This document shows, in pieces, positions 8,843 through 16,779 of a DNA stretch of 37,261 bases. The notes under the pieces were generated by a model. The model was given only the letters and a program-made list of their open reading frames with translations. It did not search any database and was not told the DNA's origin. Source of the DNA: Clostridiales bacterium (lineage in GTDB: Bacteria > Bacillota > Peptococcia > DRI-13 > UBA5745); NCBI GenBank assembly GCA_009777025.1, contig WRMS01000002.1:1-37261 (forward strand), given 5' to 3'. The position numbers were made by a program, and so were the translations under genes. Each line of letters starts with the position of its first letter. Position 1 is the first letter of the stretch.

Positions 8843-9052
8843 TCAGACATTCGGATTGTCAATATCGACAGCTGCGTTTAAGTCGGCGACCAATTGATCG
8901 GCGTCGATGCCATGAACTTCTGCGCCTTGATTCAAATCCTCAAAGCGGGCAGCCATACAACCGACGCAACCCATGCCGTACTTTTGGAAGACCGGCATTA
9001 CTTCCGGAAAATCAAAAACGATATCCGTAATACTCATGTCTTTGGTAATCAT
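8843..9052 (-). CDS. DUF1858 / hybrid-cluster-protein-associated redox disulfide domain protein
   Basis: MITKDMSITDIVFDFPEVMPVFQKYGMGCVGCMAARFEDL.. has the characteristic CxGC motif. The start was chosen at the third ATG, which lies 7 nt after AGGAGG. Confidence 0.75.
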   Translation of the reverse strand: MITKDMSITDIVFDFPEVMPVFQKYGMGCVGCMAARFEDLNQGAEVHGIDADQLVADLNAAVDIDNPNV

Positions 9053-9201
9053 TGCCATACCTCCTGTCTTCACGCATTCGAATGAATGTTTTTTTCTATT
9101 ATATCAAAGTGTGGGCACAAAGCAATAGCTGTTTTTAACTCTTTCCATCATCGCGGGAAAATGATAAAATGAAAGACGGAATCAGAAGGAGGAGGATTTG
9201 A

Positions 9202-10365
9202 TTGGCGAGAATATTTGGATTGTCTGGATACAGACCGGGAAAGGATTGGCCGGATAAAGTCACTAGTCCCCCTTACGACGTGATTAAGCCCCATAGCCCC
9301 CTGGAAGCCCTGCTGCAAAAGAATCCATATTCGCTATACCATGTCACTTTGGGGGAAACACCGGCAGCCGCTTTGGATCAGCTGTTGCAAAATGGCGTCC
9401 TGATCGAAGACGCTGAGTCCAGCTTCTATGTCTATGAACAGCGTTACGGCGATCAGCGTCGCAGGGGACTTTTGGCGGCGCCGGAAGTGTTACCCTATGA
9501 GGCAAAGACAATCATTCGTCATGAAAAGACCTTTGAAGAGAAAGTCAGGGGCAGGATTCGGCTCATGGAAGAGACAGGCTATGTTACAGAACCAATCTGG
9601 CTGCTGACAAAAGCGCCTTTGGATCATTTGTTGGATGAGATTTGCGCAAATGTCGTTCCGTTATACAGCTTTACCTCCGACTTTCAGGAAGAGTCGGAGC
9701 TTTCCGGCATTCATAACAGGATTTTTAAAGTAAATGAAAACAGCCCGTTTGGACAGGAATTAGTGGAAATCGTCGCAACAGAGCCACTTTACATTGCGGA
9801 TGGCCACCACCGATATCACAGCGCCCTCCTGATGGGGCTGGATCGTTGCATTGCGTATATCTGCTCTGACGGACAAGCCCGAATCCAAGCCTACAACAGG
9901 GTTATCCGATCCACGATTCCCTTTGAGCAAGTCAAGGAGAAAGTATCGGCGACGCCGCTATCGGCTTTTTCGACGCCTGAACGGCATGCCTTTGCGATTT
10001 ATACCAAGGATGGATGCTGGCAGTATCGGATTGGGCAGGTAAACGAGGAGGATGTCGTCCGGCGCCTGGATTGCCATATATTGGAGGATACGCTGTATCC
10101 GCTTTTAGGCTTGCGCCATGAGCAGATCATGGACAGCCAGTGGTTTGATTATTATCCCGAACAGGATTTGTCCCGAATGCAGGAGGTAGTGGATGCGGGC
10201 GCTTACGACCTGGCTGTCGCCCTGCACCCGGTGAGTCCGGAGGAACTGATGGGAGTAGCGGACGCCGGCTTGGCTGACCCCCGTATCGTGATGCCGGAAA
10301 AATCCACTTTTTTTGCGCCAAAAGTTTTATCCGGGCTGATCCTTATCCCGGTCAGCAGACGCTGA
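9202..10365 (+). CDS. DUF1015 family protein
   Basis: TTG start preceded by GGAGGAGG. The SPPYDVIKP motif near the N-terminus and ..LYIADGHHRY.. are typical of DUF1015. Confidence 0.8.
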   Translation: MARIFGLSGYRPGKDWPDKVTSPPYDVIKPHSPLEALLQKNPYSLYHVTLGETPAAALDQLLQNGVLIEDAESSFYVYEQRYGDQRRRGLLAAPEVLPYEAKTIIRHEKTFEEKVRGRIRLMEETGYVTEPIWLLTKAPLDHLLDEICANVVPLYSFTSDFQEESELSGIHNRIFKVNENSPFGQELVEIVATEPLYIADGHHRYHSALLMGLDRCIAYICSDGQARIQAYNRVIRSTIPFEQVKEKVSATPLSAFSTPERHAFAIYTKDGCWQYRIGQVNEEDVVRRLDCHILEDTLYPLLGLRHEQIMDSQWFDYYPEQDLSRMQEVVDAGAYDLAVALHPVSPEELMGVADAGLADPRIVMPEKSTFFAPKVLSGLILIPVSRR

Positions 10366-10401
10366 TTTTTGAACTGCATACTACATTATGGAGGTAAGCA
10401 A

Positions 10402-10980
10402 TTGCTTAAGGGAAGAAAGGTAATCCTGCGCGCGCTGGAGGTAGGCGACGCGGAGATTTTACAAAAATGGTATATGGATAAGGATTTTCGCCAGGCTTAT
10501 GACGCTTACGACAGTATCGCGCTGGAATCCATTCTGGATGAAATCGCCCAGTCCGGGAAAGGTATCTATGACCCTCGTTTGACGAAAATTGTCTTTTTAG
10601 TATTGCGGGAGCGAGACCGGAAGCCCATCGGCGTTTGCTGCTTGCGCAACATCGACAGGCTCAACGGGAATGCCGAGCTTTTGTTGGGGATCGGGGAGAA
10701 AGATATGCGGCTGGCAGGTTTCGGCCTGGATTTACTCATTGTGCTTTTAGATCTTGCGTATTATGATTTGGGCCTGCAAAAGACCTATATGCGAATTATG
10801 GAAACGCAGCCATACGGCTTACAGAATGCCTTGAAGTTTGGATACAAGCCCGAAGGCCATCTGCGGAATCAGGCTTTTATAGATGGCAAATATGTGAATA
10901 TCTTCTTTTTGGGCATGCTTAAATCAGATTATGAGAAACTTTCCATAGTGCCAAAATGGAAAAAAAGGAAGCAAAGGTGA
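10402..10980 (+). CDS. GNAT family N-acetyltransferase (RimJ/RimL-like)
   Basis: LKGRKVILRALEVGDAEILQKWY.. and the later GFGLDLL.. / ..NALKFGYKPEGHLR segments fit the Acetyltransf_3 pattern. TTG 10402 has GGAGGT 7 nt upstream. The track start at 10369 is an alternative. Confidence 0.75.
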   Translation: MLKGRKVILRALEVGDAEILQKWYMDKDFRQAYDAYDSIALESILDEIAQSGKGIYDPRLTKIVFLVLRERDRKPIGVCCLRNIDRLNGNAELLLGIGEKDMRLAGFGLDLLIVLLDLAYYDLGLQKTYMRIMETQPYGLQNALKFGYKPEGHLRNQAFIDGKYVNIFFLGMLKSDYEKLSIVPKWKKRKQR

Positions 10981-11387
10981 TTCAAGTGAAAAAGAACCAA
11001 AGGATGACCAAGCAGAAAGCGACGATCCGGGAAATCCTTCGCTCTGTGGAGAATCATCCCACGGCGGAGTGGATTTATCAGGAAGCAAGAAAACGAATCC
11101 CCGGGATATCTTTGGGTACGGTTTACCGCAACCTGAATCAATTGAGGGATAACGGTGAAATCCTTGAACTGAATTACGGCAGTACGCAAAGCCGTTTCGA
11201 CGGCAGAAATGACAATCATTATCATTTTTGCTGCACTTACTGCGGCAACGTCTATGACCTTCCCATGCCGACGATTAAGTCGGTAGAGACGAAAGCCAAG
11301 GCCGCGAGCGGCTTTCTGATAACCGGGCACCGCCTCGAATATTATGGCCTGTGTAAAGAGTGCCAGGCGATTGACGAGGTGAGTTAG
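10956..11387 (+). CDS. Fur family transcriptional regulator (Fur/PerR/Zur-like)
   Basis: It has a winged-helix part (RMTKQKATIREILRSVENHPTAEWIY..GISLGTVYRNL), an HYHFCCTYCGNV motif and a CKEC metal site. The start is uncertain. GTG 10977 overlaps the GNAT stop as GTGA and has AAGGAAG 5 nt upstream. Confidence 0.8.
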   Translation: MEKKEAKVIQVKKNQRMTKQKATIREILRSVENHPTAEWIYQEARKRIPGISLGTVYRNLNQLRDNGEILELNYGSTQSRFDGRNDNHYHFCCTYCGNVYDLPMPTIKSVETKAKAASGFLITGHRLEYYGLCKECQAIDEVS

Positions 11388-11538
11388 GCTTACTCGTTTA
11401 CCCATAGAGCGGTCAGATGCGCTTGCGCTCGATCGGCTGCAAGCTGAGTTCTTATCCTTTGACTGAAGTCACGAGTATAGAACGAGTTGGGTCTATGATA
11501 GAACGAGTCGGGGCTGTGATGCGTGCGGGGAGATAGGG

Positions 11539-12348
11539 ATGATGGAGGTTTATGCGCTGGTTGGGCCGTCCGGGACAGGCAAGAGCCACCAGGCGATGTC
11601 CGTAGCATTTGAAAACGGAATAGACACTTTGATTGACGACGGTTTGCTGATACGCGACGGGCAGCGACTTGCCGGATCATCCGCCAAAGGCGAGAAAACG
11701 ACGATAGGCGCCGTCAAACGGGCTGTGTTTGTTCACGAAGAACACCGGGCGGAAGTGAAAAAGGCTATAATGGAAGCCGAAACTGAGAAATTGATGATTC
11801 TGGGTACCTCGATCAAGATGACGGACAGGATTTCCGACGCCTTGGCTATACCGAGGCCCTGCCGGTATTTCTTTATTGATGAAGTATCCACACCCGGAGA
11901 GATTGCTACGGCGATGGAACTGCGGGAAACCTATGGAATGCATGTTATCCCTGTTCCTGTGGTTGAAGTGAAAGAAGCCCTTCAAGGCTACCTGATGCGA
12001 CCGATTCGCTATCTGATGCAGATCAAGTCCGGAAACAAACAAGGCGAAAAAACGATCATTCAACCAAAATTCAGCACCATTGGGAAACTGGTCATCACCA
12101 ATCAAGCGCTGAATCAAATGGTAACGTTTCTGTCGTCGGGTATAAGGGGCGTCGCCCAGGTCACGAAAGTACATGTGCATGTAAAAAAGGGGAACGCAAC
12201 GGTCGGCATGGAGCTGAGTGTCCGTATCACAGAATCGATACCCCGGATAACGGAAGATATTGGCAGGCTTTTGCAGGACAGGATTTTGGTGTTATGCGGC
12301 ATTAATGTGGAACAGGTGCATGTGACGGTCAGAAATGTTGTTCCTTAA
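11539..12348 (+). CDS. fusion protein: N-terminal P-loop NTPase domain plus C-terminal Asp23/Gls24 (DUF322) domain
   Basis: A Walker A motif (GPSGTGKS) sits at residues 9-16. The C-terminal about 95 aa (GKLVITNQALNQMVTFLSSGIRGVAQV..VGMELSVRITESIPRITEDIGRLLQDRILVLCGINVEQVHVTVRNV) follows the Asp23 family pattern. Confidence 0.7.
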   Translation: MMEVYALVGPSGTGKSHQAMSVAFENGIDTLIDDGLLIRDGQRLAGSSAKGEKTTIGAVKRAVFVHEEHRAEVKKAIMEAETEKLMILGTSIKMTDRISDALAIPRPCRYFFIDEVSTPGEIATAMELRETYGMHVIPVPVVEVKEALQGYLMRPIRYLMQIKSGNKQGEKTIIQPKFSTIGKLVITNQALNQMVTFLSSGIRGVAQVTKVHVHVKKGNATVGMELSVRITESIPRITEDIGRLLQDRILVLCGINVEQVHVTVRNVVP

Positions 12349-12513
12349 ACGATTCTTCGTTCAGCACAGGATTCGGGCTCGTGCAGAGCCCCATATAGCA
12401 TTCATCTGAGGACATACGCGCCCTAAGATACTTCGGATAGCGGATTGAGGGCCGTAGGACCGGCGCCGCTTAGGCTACAGGCGAAGCATATCTTGGAGAG
12501 GATAGGTAGATAT

Positions 12514-13551
12514 ATGCAGTTACAGGCGGCGGAATTCGGGCAGTTTTTGCATGAAAAAGGACAGATATCCGTACCCTGCTGGTTGCTGCAAAAGCACCAG
12601 GCTTTGGACATCCCCCCGGAGGAACTGGGATATTTACTCCTTGCTCTGTATCAGCAACAACGAAGCCGGGAAGAAGACGGCGCAGCGTTCGGAGAGGAGG
12701 CTTATCCGGCGAAACGGAATCCAGGCGACAATCCATGGATGGGCTGGGCCCTTGAGAAAGGCTGGGCAACATGGAAAGGCGAAGGGGATAAGCGGAAGGC
12801 AGTTTTTGACCCTCTTTGGCACAAGCTATATCAACTGTGGGCGGATGAACAGGCGACTGCCAGTCGTGAGGCAAACAACAGCGGCTTGGCGGCGGAGGGC
12901 TTTGACTACAGCGCGATCATGAAAGAACTGGATCGGCTCCGCGGAAGCCTGACCGTCACCGTCAGAGAAAAACAATTGATCCAGGAGTTTAATATCAAGT
13001 ATGGATGGTCGACAGAGTTTATACTCAATTTTTTTCGCCTGTGCTTCCAGAGAGATTTGATTCAGATGAAAAATTACAAACCCCTAGCCGCGCAAATTCA
13101 TCGCAGCGGAATTTATACTTTGGAAGGCCTTACCGCCTTTATGAGCGAGGTGGATTGGATCGGCAAGCAAGCGGCGGAGATCAAACGGGATTATCTCGGT
13201 CTATATGGTATGGTTACGCTGATGGAACGGGATTATTACGTGAAATGGCATATCACCTGGCGCTTTGGTCATGCACTGATCGTCCGGGCAGCCAGGGAGT
13301 CTGCGGGCGCCGCCAACGCTACATTTAAATATATTGATTCGATCATTGAACGCTGGCATGAACTGGGCGTCGATTCGCTGGAAGCCAGTGAGGAAGCGAT
13401 ACAAAACTGGCATGAGGAAAAGAAGAAGCAAGCTAAAAATAGAAATAGCAACAGCAACAGGGCTTCCGGGAGAAATAGTCAGAGAACGGCGGATAAAAAC
13501 CGGACAGAAAGCCCCTGGGAGGGCTTTGCGTTAACGGATAGGGAGGAGTAG
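12514..13551 (+). CDS. DnaD-domain replication/primosome protein (DnaD/DnaB_2-like)
   Basis: It has two DnaD-like segments, the second ending in ..FKYIDSIIERWHELGVDSLEASEEAIQNW (the YIdkIL..W...GI.T motif), and a basic Ser/Asn/Arg-rich tail. ATG 12514 is preferred over the track start at 12445. Confidence 0.75.
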   Translation: MQLQAAEFGQFLHEKGQISVPCWLLQKHQALDIPPEELGYLLLALYQQQRSREEDGAAFGEEAYPAKRNPGDNPWMGWALEKGWATWKGEGDKRKAVFDPLWHKLYQLWADEQATASREANNSGLAAEGFDYSAIMKELDRLRGSLTVTVREKQLIQEFNIKYGWSTEFILNFFRLCFQRDLIQMKNYKPLAAQIHRSGIYTLEGLTAFMSEVDWIGKQAAEIKRDYLGLYGMVTLMERDYYVKWHITWRFGHALIVRAARESAGAANATFKYIDSIIERWHELGVDSLEASEEAIQNWHEEKKKQAKNRNSNSNRASGRNSQRTADKNRTESPWEGFALTDREE

Positions 13552-13554
13552 CTT

Positions 13555-14568
13555 ATGTTTGCGGACAGGGATACGGACAGGCTGCGCAAACAGGCGGAAA
13601 GGGATAGGCGGATTCAAGCCATCTATCAGCAGAGCCCTCAATTGAAACAATTTGACGACGCGCTGTCCGCCGCCGGCAGGGAAGCCATCCTGCGGGTATG
13701 GGAAGGGGGCAACGTCGACGCGGCGAAGGAGAGAATCAGCGCGCTGCAAACCGAAAGAGAACGGCTGCTTTCCACATTGGGCGTCGACGAAAACGCTTAT
13801 GAGGTTGCTTGGGATTGCCCGCAATGCCAGGATCGCGGTTACCTTTATCCGGGGGTGCCATGCGAATGCCAGAGGCGTGACGACGGCCTTCGACGGCGGG
13901 CGGAAAGCGGCCTTACCGCGCTGCAGAAAAATCAATGCTTTGAAAATTTCTCCTTACAGTGGTATGACCAGCCCAGGGAGGTTGAGAAACTGGTAGAGAA
14001 GATGGAAAGCTTTGCCGGAGATCTGATCGAGGGGAAGGCCTGTGGCAACCTGTTTTTATACGGATCCGTCGGAAACGGCAAGACCCACCTCTGTAGCGCT
14101 GTGGCGAACCGGGTCCTGGAGAAGGGAAAGACGCTGCTGTACATCCGGACGGAGGAACTCCTGGAAGCCTTGCGGGAGGATATTTATGGAAGCAGGGAAT
14201 ATAGCGGAAAGTGGGAGTATCTAAACTACGAGGATAAAGGGGATAAGGCGCCGCGTCAGGAAAGCTTGCCTTATGGCAGGAGCCATCTGCAGAACCAACT
14301 GATCCGGACAGATCTGCTGATCCTGGAGGATCTGGGTACGGAACGCCTGACGGATTTTGCCGAGGAGCAGCTGACCAATCTCATCGACCAGCGGATCAAC
14401 TGGCAGAAACCCTGGATCATTACCAGCCATTTGGTCGGGGACGCCTTTACAAACCGGTATGACCCAAGGCTTGTAGATCGTGTTCTGGGGGAAAGCAAGC
14501 GCCTTTACCTGAACGAAAAAAGCATTCGCTTCAAACGGGCGCAAATGCGGGAGCGGGACCAAAGATAG
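13555..14568 (+). CDS. DnaI/DnaC-like AAA+ helicase loader (IstB-like ATPase)
   Basis: It has an N-terminal Cys cluster (CPQCQDRGYLYPGVPCEC), Walker A GSVGNGKTHL and Walker B LLILEDLG. It lies immediately downstream of the DnaD-like gene. Confidence 0.8.
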   Translation: MFADRDTDRLRKQAERDRRIQAIYQQSPQLKQFDDALSAAGREAILRVWEGGNVDAAKERISALQTERERLLSTLGVDENAYEVAWDCPQCQDRGYLYPGVPCECQRRDDGLRRRAESGLTALQKNQCFENFSLQWYDQPREVEKLVEKMESFAGDLIEGKACGNLFLYGSVGNGKTHLCSAVANRVLEKGKTLLYIRTEELLEALREDIYGSREYSGKWEYLNYEDKGDKAPRQESLPYGRSHLQNQLIRTDLLILEDLGTERLTDFAEEQLTNLIDQRINWQKPWIITSHLVGDAFTNRYDPRLVDRVLGESKRLYLNEKSIRFKRAQMRERDQR

Positions 14569-14607
14569 AGTCTGTGCTGCACTTATGGATATGCCAAACC
14601 ACCAATT

Positions 14608-14633
14608 GAGCGGAAGATGGCCGCTCTTTTTTT
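14608..14633 (+). terminator. intrinsic terminator after the helicase-loader gene
   Basis: Stem GAGCGG / CCGCTC with a 7-nt loop, followed by TTTTTTT (14627-14633). Confidence 0.85.
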
Positions 14634-14695
14634 GTTGCGAGGAGTATGAACTGTCACAAATGATGAACATTTATTTAAAAAATTTTGAATCTTTT

Positions 14696-14720
14696 GTGGT
14701 ATAGAGTGGGATAATGTGGT
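14696..14720 (+). promoter_or_regulatory. MraZ operator-like repeats in the dcw promoter region
   Basis: Three direct GTGGK pentamers lie at 14696, 14706 and 14716, exactly 10 bp apart. They overlap -10-like TATACT and TATAAT boxes at 14720-14737, upstream of mraZ. Confidence 0.7.
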
Positions 14721-14770
14721 ATACTATGGACTATAATTACTGAAAACCAGTCCAAAAGGAGGTGACGCAC

Positions 14771-15196
14771 ATGGCTTTCGGCGGTGAATTTCTACACAGC
14801 TTCGACGAGAAAGGCAGACTGAGTATCCCGGCAAAGTATCGCGAAGAGCTGGGTTCACAATATAAGCTCTGGAAAGGGCTGGAGGCCTGTGTGTGCGCCT
14901 ATCCGATGCAGGTATGGACAAAGCTGGAAGATAAACTGAATGAGCGAAGCGATTTTACGCTCGAAAACCGTATGTTTAAGCGACGCTTTTTTTCAAGCTC
15001 AAGCGGAGGGGAAATCGATAAGCAGGGCAGAACGCTGATCAACCAGGAATTCCGTAACTATGGCAAGCTGATAAAGGAAGTTTACATCATCGGCGCCGGC
15101 GACCATCTTGAGATCTGGGACAAAGATACCTGGGAAAGATATCGGGACAGTCTGGATCAGGAATTCGAAACGCTGGCGGAGAGGTTTTTCCAATGA
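14771..15196 (+). CDS. mraZ: division/cell wall cluster transcriptional regulator MraZ
   Basis: MAFGGEFLHSFDEKGRLSIPAKYRE.. plus a second DKQGRTLINQEFR repeat (two SpoVT/AbrB-like halves). AAAGGAGGTGA lies upstream of ATG 14771. Confidence 0.95.
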   Translation: MAFGGEFLHSFDEKGRLSIPAKYREELGSQYKLWKGLEACVCAYPMQVWTKLEDKLNERSDFTLENRMFKRRFFSSSSGGEIDKQGRTLINQEFRNYGKLIKEVYIIGAGDHLEIWDKDTWERYRDSLDQEFETLAERFFQ

Positions 15197-16149
15197 CTTC
15201 CTTTCAGCATCAGCCGGTGTTACTGAGGGAAAGCATAGATGTTCTGGACTTAAGGCCGGGGATGACCGTTGTCGATTGCACTGCGGGCGGCGGAGGCCAT
15301 AGTCGGCTGATTCTGGAAAAGATCCTGCCGGAAGGCATGCTGGTAGCCGTCGACCAGGACCCGCAAGCGCTGGAGGCAACGGAGGAAAGGTTAAGCGAAG
15401 TCTGCGCCAATCAGGGCAGAAAGCCTTATGTGACCGTCCACAGCAACTTTTCCCGAATCAAAGGGATACTGGCGGAACTGGGCATAAACGGCGTCGACCG
15501 GGCTTTCATGGATCTTGGCCCCTCCTCCTATCAGCTTGACGAAGGGACGCGAGGGTTCAGCTATCAACATAAAGGCGATCTGGATATGCGGATGGATCCC
15601 ACGAGTGACGCCCTGACAGCTTACGAGATCGTGATGCAGTACTCTGCACAGGAGTTGGAGCAGATTATCCGGCGCTTCGGGGAAGAACGCTGGTGCAAAC
15701 GGATAGCACAACGTATTGTTGAGGAAAGGGAAAAAGAGGCGATTCAGACAACGGACCAACTGGTCAGGGTGATTAAAAAAGCGATTCCCGCCGGAGCCAG
15801 AGAAGAGGGACCGCATCCGGCGAAACGTACATTTCAAGCCATACGCATATACATTAATAAAGAGCTGGATGTGCTGGGACCGGCCATTACCGATACGGTG
15901 GATACCCTGCACGCGGAAGGCAGGCTTGCCGTAATCAGTTTTCACTCCCTGGAAGATAGAATCGTTAAGGACACATTTAAAAAGCTGACTGCCGAATGCG
16001 TTTGCCCCAAAGATTTTCCCGTCTGTGTGTGCGGCAAAGTGCGACAAGGCAGGATACTGACAACGAAACCGGTTTTGCCGGGTGCTGCGGAAATCAAAAA
16101 AAACCCGAGAAGCCGCAGCGCGAAATTGAGAGCTTTTCAGAAAATCTGA
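15193..16149 (+). CDS. rsmH: 16S rRNA (cytosine1402-N4)-methyltransferase RsmH
   Basis: HQPVLLRESI.., the SAM motif DCTAGGGGHS and ..FHSLEDRIVK.. are present. Its start overlaps the mraZ stop (ATGA). Confidence 0.95.
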   Translation: MTSFQHQPVLLRESIDVLDLRPGMTVVDCTAGGGGHSRLILEKILPEGMLVAVDQDPQALEATEERLSEVCANQGRKPYVTVHSNFSRIKGILAELGINGVDRAFMDLGPSSYQLDEGTRGFSYQHKGDLDMRMDPTSDALTAYEIVMQYSAQELEQIIRRFGEERWCKRIAQRIVEEREKEAIQTTDQLVRVIKKAIPAGAREEGPHPAKRTFQAIRIYINKELDVLGPAITDTVDTLHAEGRLAVISFHSLEDRIVKDTFKKLTAECVCPKDFPVCVCGKVRQGRILTTKPVLPGAAEIKKNPRSRSAKLRAFQKI

Positions 16150-16205
16150 ACTATCCTATTCTTTACCAATAATGATAATATAAGGAAAAGGTCGGGCGTA
16201 TCAAT

Positions 16206-16736
16206 ATGGCTATACCGCTTCGGAAGACAAGCCGTGCTTATGAAACGGCGATTCCCCGTCAACCGGAAAGAAGACAGACAGGACAGAACAGAGGGGCCAA
16301 CCCGGCGTCGAGGCGGCTAGTCAGCCGGCTGATCCGCTCGAACGCCGCTTACAGACGAACGATCATTCTGTTGATTTCCAGTATGATTCTTGTTTTCGTC
16401 GCATTGGCTTTCGTCAATACGTCTTTGTCGGCAAATATCAGCCGTGTAAATTACCAGGTCAATACCATGCTCAGTGAAAATGAGCATCTTTTGCTTGAAA
16501 ACGACAAAATAAGGGGGCAGATCGCCGAACTTCGCTCTCTTGAACGGATTGCGGAGTTAGCTTCCCGGGATTTGGGCATGATCAAGAATGATCAGGTCGA
16601 GTATATGGTCGTATCCGGAACGGTTGTCGCAGGGGGTAAACTGAAAGACGAAGCATGGAAGCCGGATGAAGAGCAAAGAAGCGCCAATCCGCCGAACACA
16701 TGGATGGATAAGATCCTGATATGGTGGAACAGATAA
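16206..16736 (+). CDS. ftsL: cell division protein FtsL (long basic N-terminus)
   Basis: It occupies the position between rsmH and the PBP gene. It has a single TM segment (IILLISSMILVFVALAFV) followed by a coiled-coil-like segment (ENEHLLLENDKIRGQIAELRSLERI). Confidence 0.7.
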   Translation: MAIPLRKTSRAYETAIPRQPERRQTGQNRGANPASRRLVSRLIRSNAAYRRTIILLISSMILVFVALAFVNTSLSANISRVNYQVNTMLSENEHLLLENDKIRGQIAELRSLERIAELASRDLGMIKNDQVEYMVVSGTVVAGGKLKDEAWKPDEEQRSANPPNTWMDKILIWWNR

Positions 16737-16779
16737 TATAGGAAACCCGTATGGGTCTGTAATAAAGGCAGGGAAAACT

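Noticed and set aside
12375-12391. Hairpin GGGCTC-GTGCA-GAGCCC after the P-loop/Asp23 gene, considered as a terminator
   Set aside because: It has only a 6-bp stem and no downstream T-run, so it is too weak to annotate.
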